Shown here one piece after another: positions 56,409 through 64,000 of a stretch of DNA of 64,000 bases. The notes under the pieces are model-generated. The model was given only the letters and a program-made list of their open reading frames with translations. It was not told the origin of the DNA and did not search any database. The translations under genes and the position numbers were made by a program. Source of the stretch: an uncultured bacterium (GTDB lineage Bacteria > Patescibacteriota > Minisyncoccia > UBA6257 > 2-01-FULL-56-20); assembly GCA_963725235.1 (NCBI GenBank), contig CAVRXN010000002.1, forward strand, positions 94,964 through 158,963, written 5' to 3'. The first letter of the stretch is position 1. Each line of letters opens with the position of its first letter.

Positions 56409-57725
56409 ATGCTCGATATTAAGTTCATCCGGGAAAACGCGGCTGCGGTGCGCGATGCGGCGACGAAGAAGAATCTGGATCCGAAGGTGATCGATGAGCT
56501 TTTGGCTGTCGATGAGACGCGGCGCGGATTGATGACCCAGCTCGAGATGGTGCGCGCAGCGCAGAAGAAGGCGACGAACCGCGAGGAGGGTACGCGGCTG
56601 AAAGAGGAGTATAAGAAGATCGAGGCAGAAGGTGACTTCGCCGGTATCGAGAAAAAATTCACCGAGCTGATGGCTCGCGTGCCAAATATTATTTCACCCG
56701 ACACGCCGGTCGGCAAAAGCGAGAATGAGAATAAGGAAGTGTTCAAATGGATCCCCGGCGGCGGCAGCGAACCGAAACAATTCGACTTCACCCCGAAGAC
56801 GCACATCGAGCTCGGCACCTCGCTCGACATCCTCGACTTCGATCGTGGAGCGAAAGTCGCCGGCTTCCGCGGATACTATGTAAAGAACGAAGGAGTTCTG
56901 CTCGTCATGGGCATGATGATGTACGCGGTGCAGAAAATGGTTGAAAAAGGTTTCATGCCGATGATCCCGCCGACACTCGTGAAACAATTTCCGTTGTTCG
57001 GCAGTGGATATTTCAAAGGAACTGAATACGACGCAGCGGTTGATGAGATATATAAAGTGGCGACTCCATCAACCGTGGCAGGTGATAGCGAGGACAAATT
57101 TTTAGTCGGTACATCCGAGCCCTCGCTCCTCGCATACTACGCGGACGAAATTTTGCGCGGCGAGCAGTTGCCGATGCGGCTCGCGGGCTACAGCCAGTGC
57201 TATCGGAGCGAGATCGGCAGTTATGGCCGCGACGTCAAAGGAATGTATCGCGTGCACGAGTTCCAAAAAGTGGAACAGGTCGTGCTCGCGCCGGCTGACA
57301 TCGAAGCGGCGAACAAGTTGCAGGATGAGATGGTCGCGATCTCGGGCGAGTTGCATCAGGATCTCGGCTTGCCATATCGCCGCCTCGCGATCTGCACAGG
57401 CGACTTAAGCGCCGGAAAATATCGTCAGTTCGACACCGAAGCGTGGCTGCCGGGCATGAAGCGCTGGGCCGAGACCGGTTCGGCGAGCAACTTCCTCGAC
57501 TGGCAATCGCGCCGGTTGAACGTTAAGTACACCGTGCCCGCGGGCGAGCCCGATGCCGACGGCGCCAAGCCGGGCGAGCGAAAGTTCGTATATATGTTAA
57601 ACAACACCGCGCTGCCCTCGCCGCGCATCTTCATTGCGATCTTGGAAAATTATCAAACCGCAGACGGCCGCGTTGAAGTGCCGGAAGTGCTACAGAGGTT
57701 CGTTGGGAAGAAGATGATTGGGTAA
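56409..57725 (+). CDS. serS: Seryl-tRNA synthetase
   Basis: MLDIKFIRENAAAVRDAATKKNLD (coiled-coil N-arm); class II motifs (...YSQCYRSEIGSYGRDVKGMYRVHEFQKVEQV...); C-terminus ...PEVLQRFVGKKMIG. Confidence 0.9.
   Translation: MLDIKFIRENAAAVRDAATKKNLDPKVIDELLAVDETRRGLMTQLEMVRAAQKKATNREEGTRLKEEYKKIEAEGDFAGIEKKFTELMARVPNIISPDTPVGKSENENKEVFKWIPGGGSEPKQFDFTPKTHIELGTSLDILDFDRGAKVAGFRGYYVKNEGVLLVMGMMMYAVQKMVEKGFMPMIPPTLVKQFPLFGSGYFKGTEYDAAVDEIYKVATPSTVAGDSEDKFLVGTSEPSLLAYYADEILRGEQLPMRLAGYSQCYRSEIGSYGRDVKGMYRVHEFQKVEQVVLAPADIEAANKLQDEMVAISGELHQDLGLPYRRLAICTGDLSAGKYRQFDTEAWLPGMKRWAETGSASNFLDWQSRRLNVKYTVPAGEPDADGAKPGERKFVYMLNNTALPSPRIFIAILENYQTADGRVEVPEVLQRFVGKKMIG
57677..57725 (+). repeat. Direct repeat copy 1 (serS 3' end), 49 bp, 42/49 identical to 59701..59749
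   Basis: GTGCCGGAAGTGCTACAGAGGTTCGTTGGGAAGAAGATGATTGGGTAAA. Confidence 0.7.
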
Positions 57726-57727
57726 AA

Positions 57728-58567
57728 ATGAACGAGACCGAAGTATACAATAAACTGCAAGATTGGGCTGAAAAGAACGAAAATATTCGAGCTATGGTTT
57801 TGACCAGTTCGAGGACTGCGAAGGATCCGAATGTTGATATTTTTTCCGATTATGACATCGAGTTTTACGTTAAAGACATGCGACAATTTCTTACGGACGA
57901 TTGGTTGTCATTCTTTGGTGATATTCTGATTAGATGGCCGTTAGAACCAATCATCGAGAACAACAACAATGTCACGCGTTTGGTGCTTTTTAATAACGAA
58001 GTAAGAATTGATTTTCAGATTACAGATAATGTAAAGATTGATGGAGCAAGATATGATAATGGATTCAAGGTTCTATTGGATAAGGATGGTATCGCGAAAG
58101 ACATAAAACTAGCAACTTATAGTCAATTCGTGGTTAAAAAACCAACGGAGAAAGAATTTATTGAACTCATAAACGACTTTTTCTGGGACGGAACTTATGT
58201 TGCAAAAAATCTCTGGAGAGATGAACTTTACTACGCCAAGTATATGATGGATAGTGTTATACGTTTTGAATATCTGCAAAAAGTAATTGAATGGTATATA
58301 GGAGTCGACCATGATTGGTCAGTCAATACAAATAAGTATGGGAGATTTTTCAAGCGATATCTCGATGAGGCACTATGGAAAGAGTTAGAGTCGACTTTCA
58401 GTGGAGCAAGCATAGAAGAAAACTGGAATGCCTTTTTTAATATGGTTACTCTTTTTAGCAAGTTAGCAAAAGAGATAGCTGCTAAATTAAATTATAATTA
58501 TCCATTAGACATTGAAACTAAAGCAGTTAAATACTATAAGAAAGTTAGAGGATTGGAAGGGAAATAA
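57728..58567 (+). CDS. aadK: Aminoglycoside 6-nucleotidyltransferase ANT(6) / AadK-AadE family (streptomycin adenylyltransferase), low-GC
   Basis: ENIRAMVLTSSRT...DIFSDYDIEFYV, FKVLLDKDGI, KPTEKEFIELINDFFWDGTYVAKNLWRDELYYAKYMMDSVIRFEYLQKVIEWYIG, KYGRFFKRYLDEALWKELESTFS; collinear with B. subtilis AadK. ATG is 2 nt after the serS stop. Confidence 0.8.
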   Translation: MNETEVYNKLQDWAEKNENIRAMVLTSSRTAKDPNVDIFSDYDIEFYVKDMRQFLTDDWLSFFGDILIRWPLEPIIENNNNVTRLVLFNNEVRIDFQITDNVKIDGARYDNGFKVLLDKDGIAKDIKLATYSQFVVKKPTEKEFIELINDFFWDGTYVAKNLWRDELYYAKYMMDSVIRFEYLQKVIEWYIGVDHDWSVNTNKYGRFFKRYLDEALWKELESTFSGASIEENWNAFFNMVTLFSKLAKEIAAKLNYNYPLDIETKAVKYYKKVRGLEGK

Positions 58568-58715
58568 ACGATATTCAGTTGGGTTGTGTCTTTAGCAGTT
58601 TATAGGCCAATATCGGCCATTTTTCTTATCATAAACTCCAAAGATTAAAAAATTATTAAAAAAGATTTGCATTGTATTTTGAGGGCAGTATGATTGATAG
58701 AAACATAATAAAAAC

Positions 58716-59699
58716 ATGACAAAAAAGAAAAATATAAAGCAGGAAATTGTTATTTATCAGGGCAAAAATGGTGCGATTGAGTTGCGTGGTGATTTTTCGC
58801 GGGAAACGCTTTGGGCAACCTTGCAGCAAATTGCCGATCTTTTTGACACGGATAAATCGGGCATTTCCCGCCATATCAAAAGCATATACGAAAGCGGAGA
58901 ATTGCCTCGGGAGGGAACTGTTGCAAAAAATGCAACAGTTCGAAAGGAAAGCACAAGGGACGTATTTCGTCAAGTCGAATACTATAATTTAGACCTCATT
59001 TTATCGGTCGGATATCGTATTAACTCGCAAAAGGCGACAATTTTCCGCCGCTGGGCAACAGAAGTCCTTCGCCGCCATATCACCGAGGGTTACACAATAA
59101 ATAAAAAGCTCATCGTCAAGAATTACGACGCATTTCTGAAGGCAGTGGAAGAAGTGAAGTCATTACTTCCCGAAGGTAACCTGATCGCTGCTGGCGATGC
59201 GTTGGAATTGGTGAAAATGTTCGCGTCGACATGGTTCGCGCTCAATGCGTACGACAAAGAGGAGCTGCCAATGTCGGGAGCGACGCACAAACAAGTTGCG
59301 TTCACCGGAGAAGAGCTGGCGAAAGCAATCGGCAAATTGCGCGAAGAGCTGGCCTCGAAAGACGAAATCGGGCTTTTCGGTATTGAACGAAACGAAAAAA
59401 GCATTGCGGGGATCGTCGGCAATATTTTCCAATCGTTTGGCGGAAAGGATCTCTATCCGACCGTCGAAGAAAAAGCGGCACATCTTTTATATTTCATCGT
59501 AAAGAATCATCCATTCGCCGATGGCAACAAGCGGTCGGGTGCGTTTGCGTTTGTCTGGTTTTTGAACAGTGCGAAGCTGCTCAACCCGGCGCGCTTTTCG
59601 CCGGAAGCTCTCACGGCGCTCACGTTATTGGTCGCCGAAAGCAAATCGACCGACAAAGATAGGATCGTTGGATTGGTATTGCTGTTGCTGAAAAAATAA
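58716..59699 (+). CDS. RhuM-family virulence protein with a C-terminal Fic/Doc domain
   Basis: N-terminal KilA-N/RhuM-like (IVIYQGKNGAIELRGDFSRETLWATLQQIADLF...YYNLDLILSVGYRINSQKATIFRRWATEVL); C-terminal HPFADGNKRSGAFAFVWFL (Fic/Doc HPFx[DE]GN[GK]R). Confidence 0.75.
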   Translation: MTKKKNIKQEIVIYQGKNGAIELRGDFSRETLWATLQQIADLFDTDKSGISRHIKSIYESGELPREGTVAKNATVRKESTRDVFRQVEYYNLDLILSVGYRINSQKATIFRRWATEVLRRHITEGYTINKKLIVKNYDAFLKAVEEVKSLLPEGNLIAAGDALELVKMFASTWFALNAYDKEELPMSGATHKQVAFTGEELAKAIGKLREELASKDEIGLFGIERNEKSIAGIVGNIFQSFGGKDLYPTVEEKAAHLLYFIVKNHPFADGNKRSGAFAFVWFLNSAKLLNPARFSPEALTALTLLVAESKSTDKDRIVGLVLLLLKK

Positions 59700-59700
59700 T

Positions 59701-59749
59701 CGCGCCGGAGGTGCTGCAGAAGTTTGTGGGGAAGAAGGTGATTGGGTAA
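59701..59749 (+). repeat. Direct repeat copy 2 (displaced, diverged serS 3' end remnant encoding PEVLQKFVGKKVIG*)
   Basis: GCGCCGGAGGTGCTGCAGAAGTTTGTGGGGAAGAAGGTGATTGGGTAAA. Confidence 0.7.
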
Positions 59750-60350
59750 AGTTGCTTTTTATTCTTGTTTATTTTATAACCAAAGCAGAGAAAGGCGGTT
59801 TATTCTCGATTTACAATTTGGAACGTTGCTTCGCAGGACTGATGTAGTTGTTAACGCAGAAGAAGGAGATTTAGGGCACGCGCTCGACAAGATTATCGGC
59901 TGTACTCTTTTCGTGTGGAGTTTAAACGGAGAGGGCATGAAAGGAATTGTTGTAGATTGTGACTCCGACGAAGTGAATCATGTTGGGGAAGAATACGGAG
60001 CCAATCGTCGCTTTCTCCAGGATGAAACTTACTTTTGTATCTACCAACACCCCGAAGGCGATCTCTACGACTGTGATTGCTGTCGAATCGACATAGGCAT
60101 ACTTCACACTGTGTGGCTTCTCGAAGACGGGTCGGGAAGAGTTCGCGATTTAAGTTTCGAAGCATTGCAGCGTACAGGAAAACATATCTTAACTCCTGGG
60201 CCGCATTGGCAGAGGGCAATTGCGTGCCAGTCCTGTGCAACTCGAGATCTCAGGATGTCTCGGCAGTATGGACGGAAGTCTCCACTATAAAAAGGATTTA
60301 AGCAGATGTTTAACTATCGGCGCCCACTGTATTAGCTGTGGCGCCTTTTT

Positions 60351-61367
60351 TTACACCTCCATCACCCACTCTTTGTACTTCTCATCTTCACCCAGCTGCA
60401 CTTTTCGATATTGTTCCGCTATTTGTTTCGTTAACTGACCAGACGCCCCGGCTGAAGCCCCGCTCCCAATCATCCTCTTATCCACCGACAACACCGGAAT
60501 GAGCCGCGCGGAACTGCCGCACAAAAACATTTCATCGGCGATGTAGAGTTCGCTACGATCGACGGTGCGTTCGACGACGTGGACGCCGAGGTCGCGCGCG
60601 ATCTGGATGATGCTGGCGCGCGTAATGCCTTCGAGGAGATCGGAGCTTGCGGAGGGCGTTATCAATTTTGGGCCGGAGCCGGCTGCGCCAGCGCCAGCGC
60701 CATCGGAGCCGGCGCGAACGAGAAAAATATTCGAGACGGTTCCTTCGGTGACATGGCCGTCGGCGTCGAGAACGATCGCGTCGTCGTAGCCGTTCAAGAT
60801 CGCTTCATTTTTTATCAACGACGCGTTCGCGTAGCCGCCGTTCACTTTCGCGCGCGAGGGGATTGCGTTGTCGGGGTTGCGCGTCCAGCTCGAAACGCAG
60901 AGATTGACGCCGTCGCGCGGCAAGATCGAACCCATTGGGTAGACATAGGCGGACAGCGAGTGTTTCAGGCCGTGGATTTTTGTTCCGGCGATCAGCTCGT
61001 CGACGAAGATCGTGACGCGGATTAACACATCCTCGGCGAGCGGTTTATCAGCCGGTGAATTCCGCCGCAACAACTCCAGCATCGTCGCCTCGAACTTTTC
61101 ATAGGGCCACGCAGCCGCGAAGTTATTGAAGTCCATAATCTTCGCGGAATTTACGAGCCGCGTGTAATGGTCGCGCAGGCGGAATAATAACAATTTGCCC
61201 GCGCCCGCGCCGCCATCCGTTGCTGGCTTCCAATTCGCCGCAAAGACCGTATAGACCGATAAGCCATACAAAACAGGGGACGACGCGATGCTGACGTTCG
61301 CCTGCGAGAACGGGACGAAGCCGTCACGGAAAAACGCCTGGCCGGATGTGTAATCGAATGAGGACAT
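60351..61367 (-). CDS. ilvE: Branched-chain-amino-acid / class IV (fold type IV PLP) aminotransferase
   Basis: ...YGLSVYTVFAA..., ...EAILNGYDDAIVLDADGHVTEGTVSNIFLVR..., ...LEGITRASIIQIARDLG...; Gly/Ala-rich insert AGSDGAGAGAAGSGP. Confidence 0.75.
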   Translation of the reverse strand: MSSFDYTSGQAFFRDGFVPFSQANVSIASSPVLYGLSVYTVFAANWKPATDGGAGAGKLLLFRLRDHYTRLVNSAKIMDFNNFAAAWPYEKFEATMLELLRRNSPADKPLAEDVLIRVTIFVDELIAGTKIHGLKHSLSAYVYPMGSILPRDGVNLCVSSWTRNPDNAIPSRAKVNGGYANASLIKNEAILNGYDDAIVLDADGHVTEGTVSNIFLVRAGSDGAGAGAAGSGPKLITPSASSDLLEGITRASIIQIARDLGVHVVERTVDRSELYIADEMFLCGSSARLIPVLSVDKRMIGSGASAGASGQLTKQIAEQYRKVQLGEDEKYKEWVMEV

Positions 61368-61402
61368 GAAGTATTCATAGTATAATTGAGAGACAGCACA
61401 CC

Positions 61403-62209
61403 ATGCAAATCGACCGCTACGTCGCCGACCGTCGCCGCCGGCAAAAAAAGCGCAAGAAATATTTTTGGGCCATCGCCGGATTTCTCGCGGTATATTTCAT
61501 CGCGTTCGGCATTTTTTATCTGATCGTCCGCTCGCCGGCGTTTCAGGCAGAGAAAATAACCGTCGAAGGCAACAGCGCCGTCTCGACGCCGGAAATTATG
61601 GATCTCCTCCATTCGAGCATCATCCGAACCGGCGCGTCGATCGACAAACCGAACAGCGGCCTCGCCGCCATGCTCGGATTTAATAGTTTATTCATCTGGC
61701 CGCGCGCATTGCCATCGTCAACCGTCGCCACGATTCCCCAGCTCGCCGGCGTGACGATCGCCAAAAATTATTTCCTGCACACGATAACCGTGACTGTCAC
61801 CGAGCGCCAACCGTTCGCCGTCTGGTGCGTGATGCCCGATGATGATTGCTACTGGTTTGACAACACCGGCATCGCGTTCGAACGCACGCTCGATACCGAA
61901 GGCGGTGCGATCGATGTCATCCATGACTATTCGTCGTCGACGGCCGACAACGCAACAATCGCGATCGGCGAACCCGTCCTTGCTCCCGAGTTTATGCCGA
62001 ACCTCATCTCGATCCTAAAGGCGCTCCAGCAAAGCGGCGTCGGCGTGTCCGACATTTCGCTGCAAAATATTTCGCTGCAGCAGATAAATGTGACGACCAC
62101 CGAGGGCCCAATGCTCTACTTCAGCTTACGTTTCCCGGCGGACAGCGATATGCCGGTCCTGCAAAGCTTGATCGCAGAAACCCGGCTTCGACAATTTACA
62201 GTACATTGA
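61403..62209 (+). CDS. ftsQ: Cell division protein FtsQ/DivIB-like (TM + POTRA)
   Basis: Basic N-terminus, TM helix (FWAIAGFLAVYFIAFGIFYLIV), POTRA-like AEKITVEGNSAVSTPEIMDLL. Confidence 0.55.
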   Translation: MQIDRYVADRRRRQKKRKKYFWAIAGFLAVYFIAFGIFYLIVRSPAFQAEKITVEGNSAVSTPEIMDLLHSSIIRTGASIDKPNSGLAAMLGFNSLFIWPRALPSSTVATIPQLAGVTIAKNYFLHTITVTVTERQPFAVWCVMPDDDCYWFDNTGIAFERTLDTEGGAIDVIHDYSSSTADNATIAIGEPVLAPEFMPNLISILKALQQSGVGVSDISLQNISLQQINVTTTEGPMLYFSLRFPADSDMPVLQSLIAETRLRQFTVH

Positions 62210-62251
62210 TTTCACGGTCCAAAATCGTGCATACTATAAATAGTAAATATC

Positions 62252-62898
62252 ATGGGAATCTTGCCGGTCATTAACTGCACGGACTTCGCCGGTGTGCAAA
62301 AAATTCTTGAAAAAACAAAAACGTTCCTGCCGGAAGGAAGCTTTTTGCACTGCGACATCGCCGACGGAACATTTACTTTTAATAAAACGTGGAACAATCC
62401 GACCGAGTGGGCGAATCTGCGCTCGCCGTACAATCTAGAAGTGCATCTGATGATCGATCATCCGGAGCGGCAGATCGAACCATGGATCGCGGCCGGCGCC
62501 CGTCGGTTCGTGATTTCATTCGAAACAATTAACGACGACTCGCTCGTCGCAATTTTCGACGCGTGCGATAAGCGCGGCGTCGGCGTCGCTTTGTCATCCA
62601 ATCCGGAAACGACGGTCGACCGCCTTGCGCCATATTTAAAACATTTTCCGATGTTCCATGTTTTATCCGTTCATCCTGGCTTACCCGGCCAGCCGTTTCT
62701 GCCATTAACGATCGAAAAAATTTCATGGCTCCGGCGCGAGTACCCGCATGCTATAATTGAAGTTGACGGTGGCATGAATGCCGAAACTGCGCGAACGGTC
62801 AAAAAGTGCCGGCGCCGACCTCATCGTCTCATCAAATTATATTTTCGGCGAGCGGCACCGATCCGAAATTCGCGTATGGGATTTTGAAACAGATTTAA
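62252..62898 (+). CDS. rpe: Ribulose-phosphate 3-epimerase, two frameshifts near the 3' end (one at an A5 run ~62800)
   Basis: ...LHCDIADGTF..., EVHLMIDHPE, GVALSSNPETT, FHVLSVHPGLPGQPF, IEVDGGMNAETA; the terminal ...GADLIVSSNYIF and ...SGTDPKFAYGILKQI* lie in other frames. Confidence 0.8.
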
Positions 62899-63773
62899 TG
62901 CGATTTTTAATGGAACATCTGACCGATAAAAAATTAAAGAATCTCGAGTTCATGGCGAACCGCCTGCGCCAGGACGTCATCGAAATGGTTTCGCACGCCG
63001 GCTCGGGGCATATCGCGGGGCCGCTCGACATGGCGGAAATTTTTACCGCGTTGTATTTTCATATTTTGAACCACGATCCGCAAAAACCGAACTGGCCGGA
63101 TCGCGACCGGCTCGTGCTTTCGAATGGCCACATTTGCCCGATCCAGTACGCTGCGCTCGCGCACGCAGGATATTTTAAAGTGGAGGAATTGAAAACGTTG
63201 CGCCAGCTCGGTACGCGCTTGCAGGGTCATCCGCATCGCGGCGTTTTGCCCGGCGTCGAAACGACGTCGGGCCCACTCGGCTCCGGCATTTCGCAGGCGA
63301 GCGGCATCGCGCTCGCGCGCGACGAATGGACGGTGCGTAAATGGCGAACGTACTGCCTAACCTCCGACGGCGAACACAACGAAGGCAACACCTGGGAGGC
63401 GATCAAGTTCGCCGGCAAGAATCGTCTCGAGCAACCTGACCGTCATCGTCGACCGCAACAACATCCAGATCGACGGCTTCACGGAAAACATCATGCCGCT
63501 CGAACCGTTCCGCGAGAAATATGAATCATTCGGTTGGCATGTGCTCGAGATCGACGGCCACAACTTCGAAGAAATCATCGCCGCCGTCGCCGAAGCGCGC
63601 GCGATCCACGAAATGCCGACCTGATCATCGCGCACACAATCCCGGGCAAAGGCGTCGATTTCATGGAGAACGATTATCTCTGGCACTCGAAACCGTTCAA
63701 GCCGGGCGAAGCGGAGAAGGCGCTTGCGGAATTGCGGACGCTTCGTGGTAGAATTAAAAGCGAGCACGAATAA
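62898..63773 (+). CDS. tkt: Transketolase N-terminal subunit (split Tkt), frameshifted (at least 2 shifts); start overlaps the rpe stop (TAATG)
   Basis: MRFLMEHLTDKKLKNLEFMANRLRQDVIEMVSHAGSGHIAGPLDMAEIFTALYFHIL...DRDRLVLSNGHICPIQYAALAHAGY...GHPHR...ETTSGPLGSGISQASGIALA...IIAHTIPGKGVDFMENDYLWHSKPF. Confidence 0.8.
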
Positions 63774-64000
63774 TCATGAAAGATAGTTAAATTTTGTTCT
63801 CGGGTTGGGTACGGCGATCATTCTCGGCGCGCTGATCATATTGGGCATCAAGGCATTTTATCCGGAGCCGGTAGCGCCGAACGTATCCGAGGATAACGCC
63901 AGTCGGCGCCGATCGTGCCGTGCGCTTCGAGCGGACATCCAGTGCCAGCAGAATAACGCGCAGCTCGAGGCGCAGCAGCAGGCCCAGCAAACGCCGCAGC

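Overview
This 64-kb window looks like chromosomal DNA from a high-GC (~55-60%) CPR/Patescibacteria-like bacterium. Lineage signatures: a short IF-2, a ThrRS without the N-terminal editing domain, a split transketolase, SEDS/MltG/MurD/FtsQ cell-wall genes, gatCAB, a SemiSWEET and many FN3/peptidoglycan-binding surface proteins. Housekeeping genes include trmD, a ComEC-like gene, nifS/iscS, clpB, hup, gatC-gatA, pyrC/pyrD, murD, infB, ftsW, mltG, rpoB-rpoC, rpsF-ssb-rplK, cmk, gatB, miaA, thrS, serS, ilvE, ftsQ, rpe and the tkt N-terminal subunit. The standout accessory element is a complete diversity-generating retroelement (DGR) at 53.8-56.4 kb. It has a target gene with a 3' variable repeat (VR), a hairpin, a template repeat (TR) differing from VR only at TR adenines (15/15 mismatches), a minus-strand Avd and a DGR reverse transcriptase carrying the GIPIGNLTSQLFANVY motif. 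The RT frame breaks exactly inside a (GA)8 microsatellite. Other accessory content: an AbiEi/AbiEii toxin-antitoxin pair; an ECF-sigma/anti-sigma/secreted-protein operon; a ~2-kb low-GC islet (aminoglycoside 6-nucleotidyltransferase plus a RhuM/Doc-Fic protein) at the 3' end of serS, flanked by diverged 49-bp direct repeats; one IS481-family insertion sequence; a low-GC two-gene insert after rplK; a DUF4160-like gene pair; and a regulator gene saturated with the hexamer CGGCAA/TTGCCG. Many conserved genes (rpoB, rpoC, clpB, gatB, rpe, tkt, the RT and others) are broken by +/-1 frameshifts. The breakpoints I checked sit in homopolymer runs, so unpolished sequencing indels are the most likely cause, not genuine pseudogenes.
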